Shown one piece after another: positions 1 through 9,686 of a stretch of DNA of 64,000 nucleotides. The notes beneath the pieces are model-generated. The model saw nothing but the letters and a program-made list of their open reading frames with translations, was not told the origin of the DNA and searched no databases. Position 1 is the stretch's first letter. The number at the start of each line of letters is the position of its first letter. Made by a program: the position numbers and the translations under genes. Source of the stretch: Promethearchaeota archaeon (GTDB lineage: Archaea > Asgardarchaeota > Lokiarchaeia > Sigyniarchaeales > SOKP01); contig JAEOSU010000070.1 of NCBI GenBank assembly GCA_016840165.1, positions 64,001 through 128,000 of the forward strand. The letters are read 5' to 3'.

Positions 1-3
1 CGA

Positions 4-429
4 GTGGATAGAGATGCTTTGAAAGAGATCTTTGATGATTTCATTAAAAATAAAAGCTTTTTCTTCTCTCACTGGCAAAAATTTGAACAAGAATTAAACA
101 AACGGGTATTAGATTTACTATATAGAAATTCTATGATTGTAGCAAAAGAGGAAGGCAAAGTAGTAGGGTGGGGCACTTATACATCTTTCAAAGATTATTT
201 AGGGAATGAGTGGGCTATTGTTCATCAAGTCTTAACCAAAAAAGAAGATTCCTATAAAAAAGGAATCGAAGAATTAATTATCCGCGAACTACAGCTTTAT
301 ATAAAAAAAACTCTTAAAATAGATAAAGTGTATTATTTCTGTCCGGATTCGGATTCGGCTTTACGGAGTGTATTCATGAAGATTGGCATTAAAAAATCTA
401 AATACATACTTTATGAAAATACGATTTAA
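4..429 (+). CDS. GNAT-fold N-acetyltransferase-like protein (probably 5'-truncated by window edge)
   Basis: IVAKEEGKVVGW beta-hairpin, YKKGIEELII motif-A-like segment, VFMKIGIK at C-terminus; frame open to position 1. Confidence 0.55.
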   Translation: MDRDALKEIFDDFIKNKSFFFSHWQKFEQELNKRVLDLLYRNSMIVAKEEGKVVGWGTYTSFKDYLGNEWAIVHQVLTKKEDSYKKGIEELIIRELQLYIKKTLKIDKVYYFCPDSDSALRSVFMKIGIKKSKYILYENTI

Positions 430-457
430 ATTATGAAATCGATTTATTATTATTATC

Positions 458-565
458 CTATTTCTTAAGCAATCGGTTATGGATAATACAACAGATAATA
501 ATTATTATTAATATTACTACACCCGCAAGAATATACCCCCCAAAAGCCTCTATTATATCAACCAA
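458..565 (-). CDS. 35-aa single-pass membrane microprotein (below ORF-track cutoff)
   Basis: TTG start 6 nt after AGTGA; translates MVDIIEAFGGYILAGVVILIIIIICCIIHNRLLKK*; hydrophobic core plus basic tail; fills an intergenic gap. Confidence 0.55.
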   Translation of the reverse strand: MVDIIEAFGGYILAGVVILIIIIICCIIHNRLLKK

Positions 566-766
566 TCTATTTCACTTTTTTAGTCCTTTTGGAACTTATT
601 TCAATCTATAAAATTAGTTTAAAATATAAGTATATTTAAAATTATTTTTAATGTAACAAATTTATCAAAAAATTAAGTAAGAAAAAAGAAAAAAACAAAA
701 ATTTAAGTAATTTTGGGTCGTTTTTTAATTTAATTTTGCGTAGATTACTTCCGATCGCTAAATTTC

Positions 767-979
767 TTAATCCATTTTTTCCAATTGGAAATTTACCTGA
801 ATCCGAACACGATATATCAATTTATCTTGATCTTCCTTGACTTTTACATCACTTTCAATAATTTGTATGTTGCGAATTCCTCGTAAAGTTTTCTTTGCTT
901 CATCATAACCCGCTTTGACAGCATCTGCCCAGTTCTTATCACTGGTAGCTACTAGTTGAATACTTTTATAGACTGGCAT
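767..979 (-). CDS. Dodecin family flavin-binding protein
   Basis: 70 aa; VYKSIQLVATS..WADAV..A.KTLRGI..YRV..F pattern typical of dodecins; SD GGTGT upstream. Confidence 0.85.
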   Translation of the reverse strand: MPVYKSIQLVATSDKNWADAVKAGYDEAKKTLRGIRNIQIIESDVKVKEDQDKLIYRVRIQVNFQLEKMD

Positions 980-1048
980 TTTTAATACACCTTTTCATTT
1001 AATTATTATTCATTGATTTCTTGTGTAAGTCATATTTTTATTGTTTGA

Positions 1049-1064
1049 TATTTAAATATTTCGC
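1049..1064 (-). promoter_or_regulatory. Putative archaeal BRE + TATA box for the dodecin gene
   Basis: Minus strand reads GCGAAATA-TTTAAATA about 70 nt upstream of the ATG at 979. Confidence 0.45.
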
Positions 1065-1219
1065 TAATTATAATTAGAAACCTACCAGTTTTTGAATGAA
1101 AACGTAAATCTGATTCATTGAAATAAATATTGGTTAATTTTGGAATAAAAAATGACTAAATTAATTTATAGTCTAAACTTAACTATCATATTTTAAACAT
1201 ATCAATTTCATTTTGAATT

Positions 1220-1840
1220 ATGAATGATATGCAGGATAAAATAGAGCAAGCTCTTGAACTTAAGAGGGAGGAGAAATTTGAAGGGTCTCTACAGATTTTG
1301 AATGAACTCCTTTCGAATGAACCTACCTCGACAGCAGTAAAAAATGCACTAATTGAAGTACTCTTGGAATATGGTGCCTACTTAAATGATGATTGGGTGG
1401 AGGATTTTCAGGGAGCTGCTGATTGTTTTACTAGAATCATTGAATTAGATGCAAAAAATTATAGAGCATGGTATAATTTAGGAATCTCCTATTTCCGTTT
1501 AAAGCAAACAAAAAAATCCTTAGAGGCATATGAACAAGCTCTCAAGATAAGGCCAGATTATGAATATATATATTATAATATCGGATTACTTTATGAGATC
1601 CTAAAAGGTGATTTTGAGAGTGCTATTAAGTATTATGAAGAGGCATTAAGATTAAATGAGAAATTTACTTATGCCATCCAGGCTCTTCGAGATGTCCGAA
1701 AGAAATTCGAACACATGAAATTACATAAAGAAAAAAACACATCTTCTCAATTTGAATCACAGATTATTTGTAAGAATTGTGGGAATATTAATAGAACCAC
1801 TGCAAAATATTGCGATAAATGCGGCAACCCAATTAAATAA
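1220..1840 (+). CDS. TPR-repeat protein with C-terminal zinc ribbon
   Basis: AWYNLG..Y, YYNIG..Y, A..YEQAL..P TPR motifs; CKNC-x10-CDKC tail. Confidence 0.85.
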   Translation: MNDMQDKIEQALELKREEKFEGSLQILNELLSNEPTSTAVKNALIEVLLEYGAYLNDDWVEDFQGAADCFTRIIELDAKNYRAWYNLGISYFRLKQTKKSLEAYEQALKIRPDYEYIYYNIGLLYEILKGDFESAIKYYEEALRLNEKFTYAIQALRDVRKKFEHMKLHKEKNTSSQFESQIICKNCGNINRTTAKYCDKCGNPIK

Positions 1841-1880
1841 AAGATTAATAATAAAAAAAAGATTTTTAAAAAGAGAAAGA

Positions 1881-3191
1881 TTATGCGTCAGGATTCTCAA
1901 GTAGAATTGCTACGCCTTGGCCTCCACCGCAACAAGCATTTGCAATTCCATATTTAGCTTTCTTTGCTTTTAGAATACGTGCTAAAGTGCCTGGTAATCG
2001 AACCATGGTAGAACCTAAGGGATGACCTATTGCTGTTGAACCCCCCATAATATTAACTTTTTCTTCAGGAATGTTGAAATAGTGCATACATCCAAGGGTA
2101 ACTATACAAAAAGCTTCATTAATCTCCCAGAAATCGATTTGGTCAGCTGTCATACCAGCATGTTTCAAAGCCATTTCAGTCGCCGGAATTGGTCCCCAGC
2201 CCATAATGGTCGGATCCACTCCTGCCCAACCTATACTCACAACTTTAGCCATTGGTTCAATACCCCGTCTTTTAGCCTCCTCTGCTTCCATTAAGATCGC
2301 TGCGGTTGCACCGGCATTTAAAGGACTGGAATTACCTGCTGTGATAACACCATCTTTTGTCCCTTCCCTCTCAAGGTATCCTTGTTTACCTCCAATATCT
2401 TCACCTTTCCAATTCTTTTTAAGATAAAAAGGTTTTGAGAGTCTGCGTAAACCGGCTACTTGTTCTAAAACAGATTTTCGAGCAGCCATATCTTTTGTAA
2501 TCATCATCTTTTCGTCAGGATTGCCTTCTGCATGACCTTCAATCGGAATAATCTCACCATCAAACCAACCCTTTTCTTGATTTTCAACTGTTAGGTTATG
2601 ACTTCTAGTTCCAAATTTATCAAGGTCTTCTTTAGTAAATACCGGTGTAAGAAATTCATACAATTTCTGGGCTGTTTGTAGCATATTAGTGGTTGTAAGT
2701 AAATCGTATTCTGGTCTATACCATTTACTGCTCTTATTAATCATCAGTAAATTTGGTTTAATATGGGGGTTGCTTTTAAGATCCATACCTACGCGAGTCA
2801 TATGCTCAAAACCGGTGGCTAATGTACATTTACTGTAACCAGTCATGATCTCCATAGCACCCACATGAAAACCACTTCCAGCTGAGCCACATTGGCGATC
2901 GACAAATAAACCAGGGACAGTTACAGGAAAGCTAGCCATAAAAAGAGGCATTCGACCACCATAGGTCCAATTTTCACCTACACCCATTGCAGCACCAACA
3001 GTATATTCATCAATATCTTTTTTTTCAATTCCCTTATCTGCTAATTTATCTTCAAAAAATTTCATAAGTAATTGTGCCATTAATTCATCCGCTCGTTGAT
3101 CCCCAAACACATCTCGTTCAGGAGTTCCGGGTCGTGAACGGGAGAATGCAGTACGTGCATAATCAATGAGCCATACATCTTTAGTTTCCAT
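1881..3191 (-). CDS. Thiolase (acetyl-CoA C-acyltransferase)
   Basis: DRQCGS nucleophile Cys, NEAF, GHPLG, CCGGGQG motifs. Confidence 0.95.
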   Translation of the reverse strand: METKDVWLIDYARTAFSRSRPGTPERDVFGDQRADELMAQLLMKFFEDKLADKGIEKKDIDEYTVGAAMGVGENWTYGGRMPLFMASFPVTVPGLFVDRQCGSAGSGFHVGAMEIMTGYSKCTLATGFEHMTRVGMDLKSNPHIKPNLLMINKSSKWYRPEYDLLTTTNMLQTAQKLYEFLTPVFTKEDLDKFGTRSHNLTVENQEKGWFDGEIIPIEGHAEGNPDEKMMITKDMAARKSVLEQVAGLRRLSKPFYLKKNWKGEDIGGKQGYLEREGTKDGVITAGNSSPLNAGATAAILMEAEEAKRRGIEPMAKVVSIGWAGVDPTIMGWGPIPATEMALKHAGMTADQIDFWEINEAFCIVTLGCMHYFNIPEEKVNIMGGSTAIGHPLGSTMVRLPGTLARILKAKKAKYGIANACCGGGQGVAILLENPDA

Positions 3192-3426
3192 TCTTTATTT
3201 TCCCTCAATATTTTGATTTAATTTTTAATTAAATTCAAATTAATTTTATTTAGGTTAAGGAATCGTAAAAATATATTAAACTTTTTGACAGAATAGAGTC
3301 TGAAGATAGACAATTTAATTAGTCTTTTTGAAAATTTATCACTTACTTTTTAAGTATTTTTAGAATTATTTTTATTTTTGAAAATTTTAGTTAAAATATG
3401 ACTAATTCGATGGAGAAAAAAATAAT

Positions 3427-3822
3427 ATGGCACTAATTTCTATTATTGCGGGAAGTACTTCTGATAAGGAAGTCTTTGAAAAAGCGGAAAAGGTATTAAA
3501 AGAAAATAATATAGACTATGATTTGCAAATTTTATCCGCTCACCGTGATCCTGAAAAACTTGATAAATATATAGAATCTTGTGATTCGCTTGTTTATATT
3601 GCTGTTGCGGGGTTATCTGCCGCATTACCGGGAGTTATTGCTTCAAAAACTGATAAGCCAGTAATTGGAGTACCTGTTAGTGCTAAATTAGGAGGTTTAG
3701 ATGCATTATTATCCATTGTACAAATGCCTCCTCGTGTACCAGTGGCGTGTGTCGGAATAGACAGAGGTGATAATGCTGCCTATTTAGCTATTAAAATTAT
3801 TAATCTCTTAAAGAAGAAATAG
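3427..3822 (+). CDS. purE: N5-CAIR mutase / AIR carboxylase PurE
   Basis: [36 protein letters not shown] motifs. Confidence 0.95.
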   Translation: MALISIIAGSTSDKEVFEKAEKVLKENNIDYDLQILSAHRDPEKLDKYIESCDSLVYIAVAGLSAALPGVIASKTDKPVIGVPVSAKLGGLDALLSIVQMPPRVPVACVGIDRGDNAAYLAIKIINLLKKK

Positions 3823-3831
3823 GATGAAATT

Positions 3832-4542
3832 ATGAATGATAACTTAATTGAACAAGGAAAAAAGAATGCTGCACTAAAAGCAGTTGATGAAAATATTAAA
3901 AAAGATCTAATTATTGGAATAGGAAGCGGATCCACTATAGTGTATGCGGTCAATAGAATCGGAGAAATAAATCAGGAAAATGATCTCAATCTTATATGTA
4001 TTCCATCTTCATTTCAAGCTCGTCAATTAATCTTAGAGAATAATTTAAAAATAGCTTCATTGGATGAGTACCCTGAAATTGACATTGATCTTGATGGTGC
4101 TGACGAAATTGATCAAAACCTCAATCTTATCAAGGGTGGTGGTGGTTGTTTGGTCCAAGAGAAGATACTAGCATCGAATTCAAAGAAGTTAATCATTATC
4201 GTGGATTATCGAAAAAATTCGAAAAAATTGGGTCAACAATGGAAAAAGGGAGTTCCTATTGAAGTTATTCCAATGTCATATGTTCCACTTTTAAGAAAAT
4301 TTTCTAAAATGGGTGGAAAACCCACTTTACGGATGGCTCAAGCGAAAGCAGGACCACTTGTTAGCGACAATAATAATTTCATCATTGATGTTGACTTTGG
4401 GATTATTAAAAATCCACAAGAACTTAATATAAAATTATTGAGTCTTCCAGGTGTTGTAGACACCGGTTTGTTTTTAGATATGACCAATAAGGCATATATA
4501 GGACAACAGAATGGACAAGTACTAGTTCTAAATAAAAAATAA
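3832..4542 (+). CDS. rpiA: Ribose-5-phosphate isomerase A
   Basis: GIGSGST, DGADE, IKGGGG, PIEV, PGVV motifs. Confidence 0.97.
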   Translation: MNDNLIEQGKKNAALKAVDENIKKDLIIGIGSGSTIVYAVNRIGEINQENDLNLICIPSSFQARQLILENNLKIASLDEYPEIDIDLDGADEIDQNLNLIKGGGGCLVQEKILASNSKKLIIIVDYRKNSKKLGQQWKKGVPIEVIPMSYVPLLRKFSKMGGKPTLRMAQAKAGPLVSDNNNFIIDVDFGIIKNPQELNIKLLSLPGVVDTGLFLDMTNKAYIGQQNGQVLVLNKK

Positions 4543-4563
4543 AAAGAGAAATAAAAAAAATTA

Positions 4564-7500
4564 TTAGGTTTCAAAATAAAGCGATCTTCCACAATTTGGA
4601 CAGAAACTCTTTGGAGTACCAATATCATATCCACAATAAGGACAATAAAATCCGGATCTATACCCTTGAGAGTCAGCGGGTGTAGAATCATAAGACGCGT
4701 TCTCTATAGGGATTGTGTGGTAATCTTGTGAATAGTAATCCGATGGTTCCTGAGGTGCTTGTGATCTTCTTGATTTAAGTAGATATACAATCAATATTAT
4801 TGAACCTGTAGCTACTATCAAACCTATTATAAGTATTATTAGAAGAAGTTCGAAGGGTATTGAAGCCCTTATTGACAAAGCAATCCAAAATTCTTGAGAA
4901 CCTCCCTCACTATCAATTAGCGTTATTATCAATATTGCCAGGTAGCCCTCACCTGTTGCGGTATTATAGTTAGTAGCAGAAGTGATTTCTTTTGTCCCGA
5001 TAATTGAACCATACGCAATTGTGAAGGGTACGATGAATGTTCCTTGATGAGTATCAGTTAAAGGTTCATAACTCAATTCTTTAAGAGGGAATAATTGGGG
5101 ATATACTATGTTAAGAAATCCATCATCCGTCGCAGAAGCTATAAATAAATTAACTGAAACCCTCATAGAGGAGCCATCGACATCTTCATAGTCCACATCA
5201 CTAGATGTAACCGTAAAATCTAAATTATCACCTTGAGAAACTGGAATAATTAAAGTAGATTCCCCCTCATATGTATCATCAAAAGCATATGTATCTTGTC
5301 CTGCGATGGTAATATATGAACTGGATTCAATGAATGAAGGATCATTATTTCTCACCTCAAACGCATAACGTGGGGAGTATGGGTTGGTATAATTTGATAT
5401 TCCATCCTTCGGAAAGACATAATATATTGCAATCCCTGCAGGATCAGAAATAGAAGGATCGTAGTTATATCGATATAGTGTAGCAGAATAACTCAATGGA
5501 AATGTTTTATTTATAGTTTGTTTAGTATTATAGAAAGAATAGGAATAGATAGACATGTAAGCATTTACACTATATGAGGAACTATCTAAATCAACTCGAA
5601 GTTGAGTAAAATCTCCTGATTCTCTAGTTACAGGACTCTTTGATACTGCTAAAGAATTTATTATAGGTATAGATGTAGGATTGAAGTATAATAGCTTAGA
5701 AGTTTTTTGATAAGTCTTAGAACCGAAAGTGAAATTAACTATGATATCATAGGGTTTATAATCGGTACTTGAAAGAGAATAAGTGGAATTGTAGGCGATA
5801 CCGTTTTCAAGAGAAATTGTTTCTATGGATTCTGAAAATCCAGAATTACTAATGGTTATACTCAGATTAGTATTTAACACACTCGAAGCAATAGGAGTTC
5901 CTAAAGAAAGATCTTTTACATATACACTTATGTTAAATTGAGAATTTGAAGTCCTTTCTGAATTTAAAACCACTTGGATGGAAACATCATCATTAGAGAA
6001 AAAATAATCCATTAGATTTCGAGCTAAATTACTATGATCAAGTTGATAACTTGATGAACTATATAATTCACTTATCCAATGTAGATCACCAAATGCCACT
6101 AATTTCCCTCCAGATGTTGTTTCATTATATGTTGCAGCTACGGTTTTATCGTTAAGTGTAGCAATCGATTCTGAACCTGAGCCAACATTAAAGGTATTTC
6201 CATAATACCATTCAAATTTCTCCACACCATCAAATATTAATGGTGAATTTAGTTCAATAACACTCTGGGAATTGATACTAGCTCCTACTCCAAACCAATT
6301 CTCTGAATATTCATTTTCTTGATTGATTGTAATATCAGAACCTAAAACTGAAAATAATTCATTAATGTTATCAAGGCATAAATCTTGATATCGTGTCCCC
6401 AAAAATAAGATATTCCCACCATTATCGAAATAATCCTTAATATTGTTCATCTCATCAGTAGTATATGGTAATATAGGATTTTGTAATAAAATTAAATCAT
6501 ACTGTGCTAAGCGTTCCTCGGTTAGAAGGGAGTTATTATAATTCGCATCATAATAAGGAGTCCAATATTCGGCACTATAATCGAAAGAGATATTTAAATT
6601 AGTCATATCCTTCATGAAATCATAGAAGTCCATCTGATAAAATGAAGTCTCTGGAATCCAATCATTTAGGCCATGAAAAGACTCCATTAAAACCTTATAT
6701 TCAGGAAACTTAATATCTATCGTTATGTTGATTGAATCATACTCAACTATGCCATCAGTAAGATTTAACTCAAAATTTCGTACTCCAGGTCGAGCATCCT
6801 GTTCAATTTCTATATCTAAGGTTACAAATTTTACATTCTCTTCAGAAAAGGTAAGAGCAGTATTGTCTAGTTTTAATTTTAATCCGTCAACCTTATCTGG
6901 TATATTTATATTGTAGCTATTCGCTCTTCCTGAAATAACTGTGATATTAAAGGATTGCTTATCACCAGGGAAATGGAGTAAATCAAAGGGTTGGGGTGGA
7001 ATAACATCTGGAAAGAATCGTGCTGTATCGTTTATATCTGAAGATAAAGATTCCATAAATTCTAATGATGCTGACACATTAATTAAGCCAGCCCCAAACT
7101 TTAAAGTATCATCATCTTCATAATTAGATAATGGTTGGGCTCCGTCTAATAAAGCTATTCGTGCTGTTTCAGGAGTAATAGAAGGATATGCTTCTTTCAG
7201 AATCGCTAATGCTCCTGCGACTACGGGACATGACATACTAGTTCCGCTTAAAGGAATATAATCTCCATCACCACTGAAGTCAAAATAATCTCCAATATAT
7301 CGCTTGCGATCAGAAAGAGCGGAATTAGGTGCTTCTGCAGCAATTATATTAACACCAGGTGCAACAACATCTGGATATCCTAAATATGTCAAAGTTGGGC
7401 CCCAACTTGTAAAAGATGCAAGATTATTATTAATATCTGTAGCTCCCACTGAGATTACATCATTACCAGAAGCAGGGCTTCCTCCTGTAAAATAATCTGG

Positions 7501-8532
7501 ACCTTCATTTCCAGCAGAAGAGACCAATATAACTCCATAATTATTTGCCACACTTGAGATTGCCAAAGTCATCGGATCATTAAATTCTGGCAAGCCTCCC
7601 CCAAAGCTCATGGAAATTATGTCTGCTCCCGCAGTTAATACAGCCCATTCAATCGCATCGATGATATCAGTATCATTTAAACCTTCGAAATTGCCAGCCC
7701 TTGCATTAATTAATGAAACTCCAGGTGCGATACCCCTATATTTACCACCAGAAGAGATACCGCTTCCTCCAATGATACCAGCCGCATGGGTACCGTGACC
7801 ATAGTCATCATTTGAATCTAATAAATCTCCGGTAACAAAACTTTGATTTGCGATTATATTTAAATCAGGGTGATCGTATATACCAGTATCTACCACAGCA
7901 ACTTTGACTCCAGTGCCATCAAAAGCTAGATCTTCAGCACCTATTGCAGAAATCCACCAATTGGAAAAATAATTGTAATCAAGGCTACTTGTAGTCGGAG
8001 ACTCTTCTGTGTATTCAGGATTCTCATAAAACTGAGACTTATATATTTTAGTTAATCCCTCAACATCTCTTAGAGCTTCTTGCTTTGAAATTAACTCTGC
8101 AGAATTACAAATTAAGGAAACACCAGAGATAATATCATAATTGTGTATGAGTTCATAGTCCTCTAAGAGATTATCAATTTTAGTAATTCGATCTGATTTA
8201 GAAACCTCCTCTTTGAATAGCATAATCACTTTAACTTTTTCTGCTTCCGATTTGTATTTCAATGAATAGTTTAAAAGAAATTCGGTAAGAGGTGAGTCAA
8301 AAATATTGTCTTGACTGATATTGTCAAGGCTAGATTCTGCGATTGAATTATCTTCTCTTAATGAAGAAATGAGAGTCAAATCGTCGTTATTCAGATTTAT
8401 AGCTGAATCAAAGCTCTTAGTATCACGTAAACCATAACTATATACTATAAATGGAAGATTAACTAAGTTGAATAGAACAAAAGTTAAGACTAATACTTTT
8501 TTGAATATTTTGAAATGTTTCATGGTTATCAA
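4564..8532 (-). CDS. Membrane-anchored S8 subtilase with prodomain, Site-1-protease-like C-terminal ectodomain, TM helix and cytoplasmic zinc ribbon
   Basis: Signal peptide; VDTG (Asp), HGTHAAG (His), SAGN (oxyanion Asn), GTSMS (Ser); TM LLIILIIGLIVATGSIILIVYLL; CPYC..CPNC tail. True start may be the ATG at codon 4. Confidence 0.9.
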   Translation of the reverse strand: MITMKHFKIFKKVLVLTFVLFNLVNLPFIVYSYGLRDTKSFDSAINLNNDDLTLISSLREDNSIAESSLDNISQDNIFDSPLTEFLLNYSLKYKSEAEKVKVIMLFKEEVSKSDRITKIDNLLEDYELIHNYDIISGVSLICNSAELISKQEALRDVEGLTKIYKSQFYENPEYTEESPTTSSLDYNYFSNWWISAIGAEDLAFDGTGVKVAVVDTGIYDHPDLNIIANQSFVTGDLLDSNDDYGHGTHAAGIIGGSGISSGGKYRGIAPGVSLINARAGNFEGLNDTDIIDAIEWAVLTAGADIISMSFGGGLPEFNDPMTLAISSVANNYGVILVSSAGNEGPDYFTGGSPASGNDVISVGATDINNNLASFTSWGPTLTYLGYPDVVAPGVNIIAAEAPNSALSDRKRYIGDYFDFSGDGDYIPLSGTSMSCPVVAGALAILKEAYPSITPETARIALLDGAQPLSNYEDDDTLKFGAGLINVSASLEFMESLSSDINDTARFFPDVIPPQPFDLLHFPGDKQSFNITVISGRANSYNINIPDKVDGLKLKLDNTALTFSEENVKFVTLDIEIEQDARPGVRNFELNLTDGIVEYDSINITIDIKFPEYKVLMESFHGLNDWIPETSFYQMDFYDFMKDMTNLNISFDYSAEYWTPYYDANYNNSLLTEERLAQYDLILLQNPILPYTTDEMNNIKDYFDNGGNILFLGTRYQDLCLDNINELFSVLGSDITINQENEYSENWFGVGASINSQSVIELNSPLIFDGVEKFEWYYGNTFNVGSGSESIATLNDKTVAATYNETTSGGKLVAFGDLHWISELYSSSSYQLDHSNLARNLMDYFFSNDDVSIQVVLNSERTSNSQFNISVYVKDLSLGTPIASSVLNTNLSITISNSGFSESIETISLENGIAYNSTYSLSSTDYKPYDIIVNFTFGSKTYQKTSKLLYFNPTSIPIINSLAVSKSPVTRESGDFTQLRVDLDSSSYSVNAYMSIYSYSFYNTKQTINKTFPLSYSATLYRYNYDPSISDPAGIAIYYVFPKDGISNYTNPYSPRYAFEVRNNDPSFIESSSYITIAGQDTYAFDDTYEGESTLIIPVSQGDNLDFTVTSSDVDYEDVDGSSMRVSVNLFIASATDDGFLNIVYPQLFPLKELSYEPLTDTHQGTFIVPFTIAYGSIIGTKEITSATNYNTATGEGYLAILIITLIDSEGGSQEFWIALSIRASIPFELLLIILIIGLIVATGSIILIVYLLKSRRSQAPQEPSDYYSQDYHTIPIENASYDSTPADSQGYRSGFYCPYCGYDIGTPKSFCPNCGRSLYFET

Positions 8533-8669
8533 AAACCAATAGAACTATTTATTTTTAATTTTAATAATCCAAAAACCATAATTTTTTTTAAAAATTAATT
8601 ATTATTAAATTTACAGCTAACTTTCTTTACGTGTGCCAAAATGCTGATATAAAGCAAAAACATGATAAC

Positions 8670-8769
8670 GGGGCTGTGGATTAGTCGAAGATCGTTCGCT
8701 TGGCATGCGAAAGTTAGGGCACTTTTACCTAACCGTAAAAGGCCGGGGGTTCAATTCCCCCCAGCTCCA
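8670..8769 (+). tRNA. tRNA-Ala(GGC) with a 28-nt intron at position 43/44; CCA not encoded
   Basis: Acceptor GGGGCTG/CAGCTCC with G3:U70 Ala identity pair, discriminator A; anticodon arm TTCGC-TTGGCAT-GCGAA; T arm GGGGG-TTCAATT-CCCCC. Confidence 0.92.
8712..8739 (+). other. Archaeal tRNA intron with bulge-helix-bulge motif
   Basis: Central helix TGCG(8706-09)/CGTA(8734-37), 3-nt bulges AAA(8710-12) and AAA(8738-40), inner stem GTTAGG/CCTAAC; removal restores 5-nt variable loop AGGCC. Confidence 0.85.
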
Positions 8770-9002
8770 CTCTATCTTTTTGTTAATTCATCAAAAAGAG
8801 TATTTTTAAGGTCTTTAGCGCTTAAAATTTTAGAAAATCCTCTAATTTTAATAAAAGCAATTAATTATATACAAAACCATAGAATAAAAAAAAGTAACTC
8901 TCCTAAATCAAGTAAAATTGGTTGTTTTTAAACTCTTTAAGATTTAATTAATTGCATTTCACGATTAATAAAGATTTAAGCCTCGACTTAATTTTTATTC
9001 TT

Positions 9003-9575
9003 ATGAAGAGAAATAGGCAATTTCTGAAAATAATAATTGTCATTTTTCTCTCAGTTCTTTATGTGCTTGCGATTATCTTCTCATGGAACTATTATCCTTC
9101 ATTGAAGTTATGGAGATCGATAGATTGGGTACTATTAAATGGGTTTTTGGAGATTAGCCTCTTTAGAATAATTCATTTGATCATCGGGCTACCGATTTTC
9201 ATCTATAGTTTTATAAATGTTATTGAAATCGTAATTATTAATCAAAAGGCTCAATTAAGAAAAAATTTCCCTAGCTATCTTTTAAAAGAGGGTTTTTATA
9301 GTAAAATAAGGCATCCTATGTATACTATGATAATATTGATTCAATTCAGTTTGTTCTTTTCTTTATGTTCTTTATTAGGAATATTTTTTGGATTATTATT
9401 TACATTATTATTCATGTTATTCGGGTTATACGAAGAGAAATATCAACTTTTGCCAATACTGGGTAAGGAATATAAAGAATATTCAAAAAAAGTAAAAGTA
9501 AGATTTTTTCCTTTCCCTCTAAAGATACTTTTACTTCTTTTATATTTATTAATATTTCTCGGTATTTTTTTGTAA
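9003..9575 (+). CDS. ICMT/PEMT-family membrane methyltransferase
   Basis: GFYSKIRHPMY and EE..L...G..Y..Y...V..RF motifs; ATG at 9003 preferred over TTG at 8952. Confidence 0.8.
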   Translation: MKRNRQFLKIIIVIFLSVLYVLAIIFSWNYYPSLKLWRSIDWVLLNGFLEISLFRIIHLIIGLPIFIYSFINVIEIVIINQKAQLRKNFPSYLLKEGFYSKIRHPMYTMIILIQFSLFFSLCSLLGIFFGLLFTLLFMLFGLYEEKYQLLPILGKEYKEYSKKVKVRFFPFPLKILLLLLYLLIFLGIFL

Positions 9576-9686
9576 AAGGAAATTAGTATTTTGGTTGCAA
9601 TTTCATATGATTATTCAAAAAAAAACATATTAAAAGCTTTTTTTAAGTCCCAAGTGCTATTTAATATTAAATATAGATTAAGGTAA

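Noticed and set aside
8670-8769. tmRNA-like ends (GGGGCTG...CCAGCTCCA)
   Set aside because: Only 100 nt, has a full anticodon arm and no tag ORF; explained as intron-containing tRNA-Ala
8662-8931. 89-aa ORF in the track
   Set aside because: Overlaps tRNA-Ala completely; spurious
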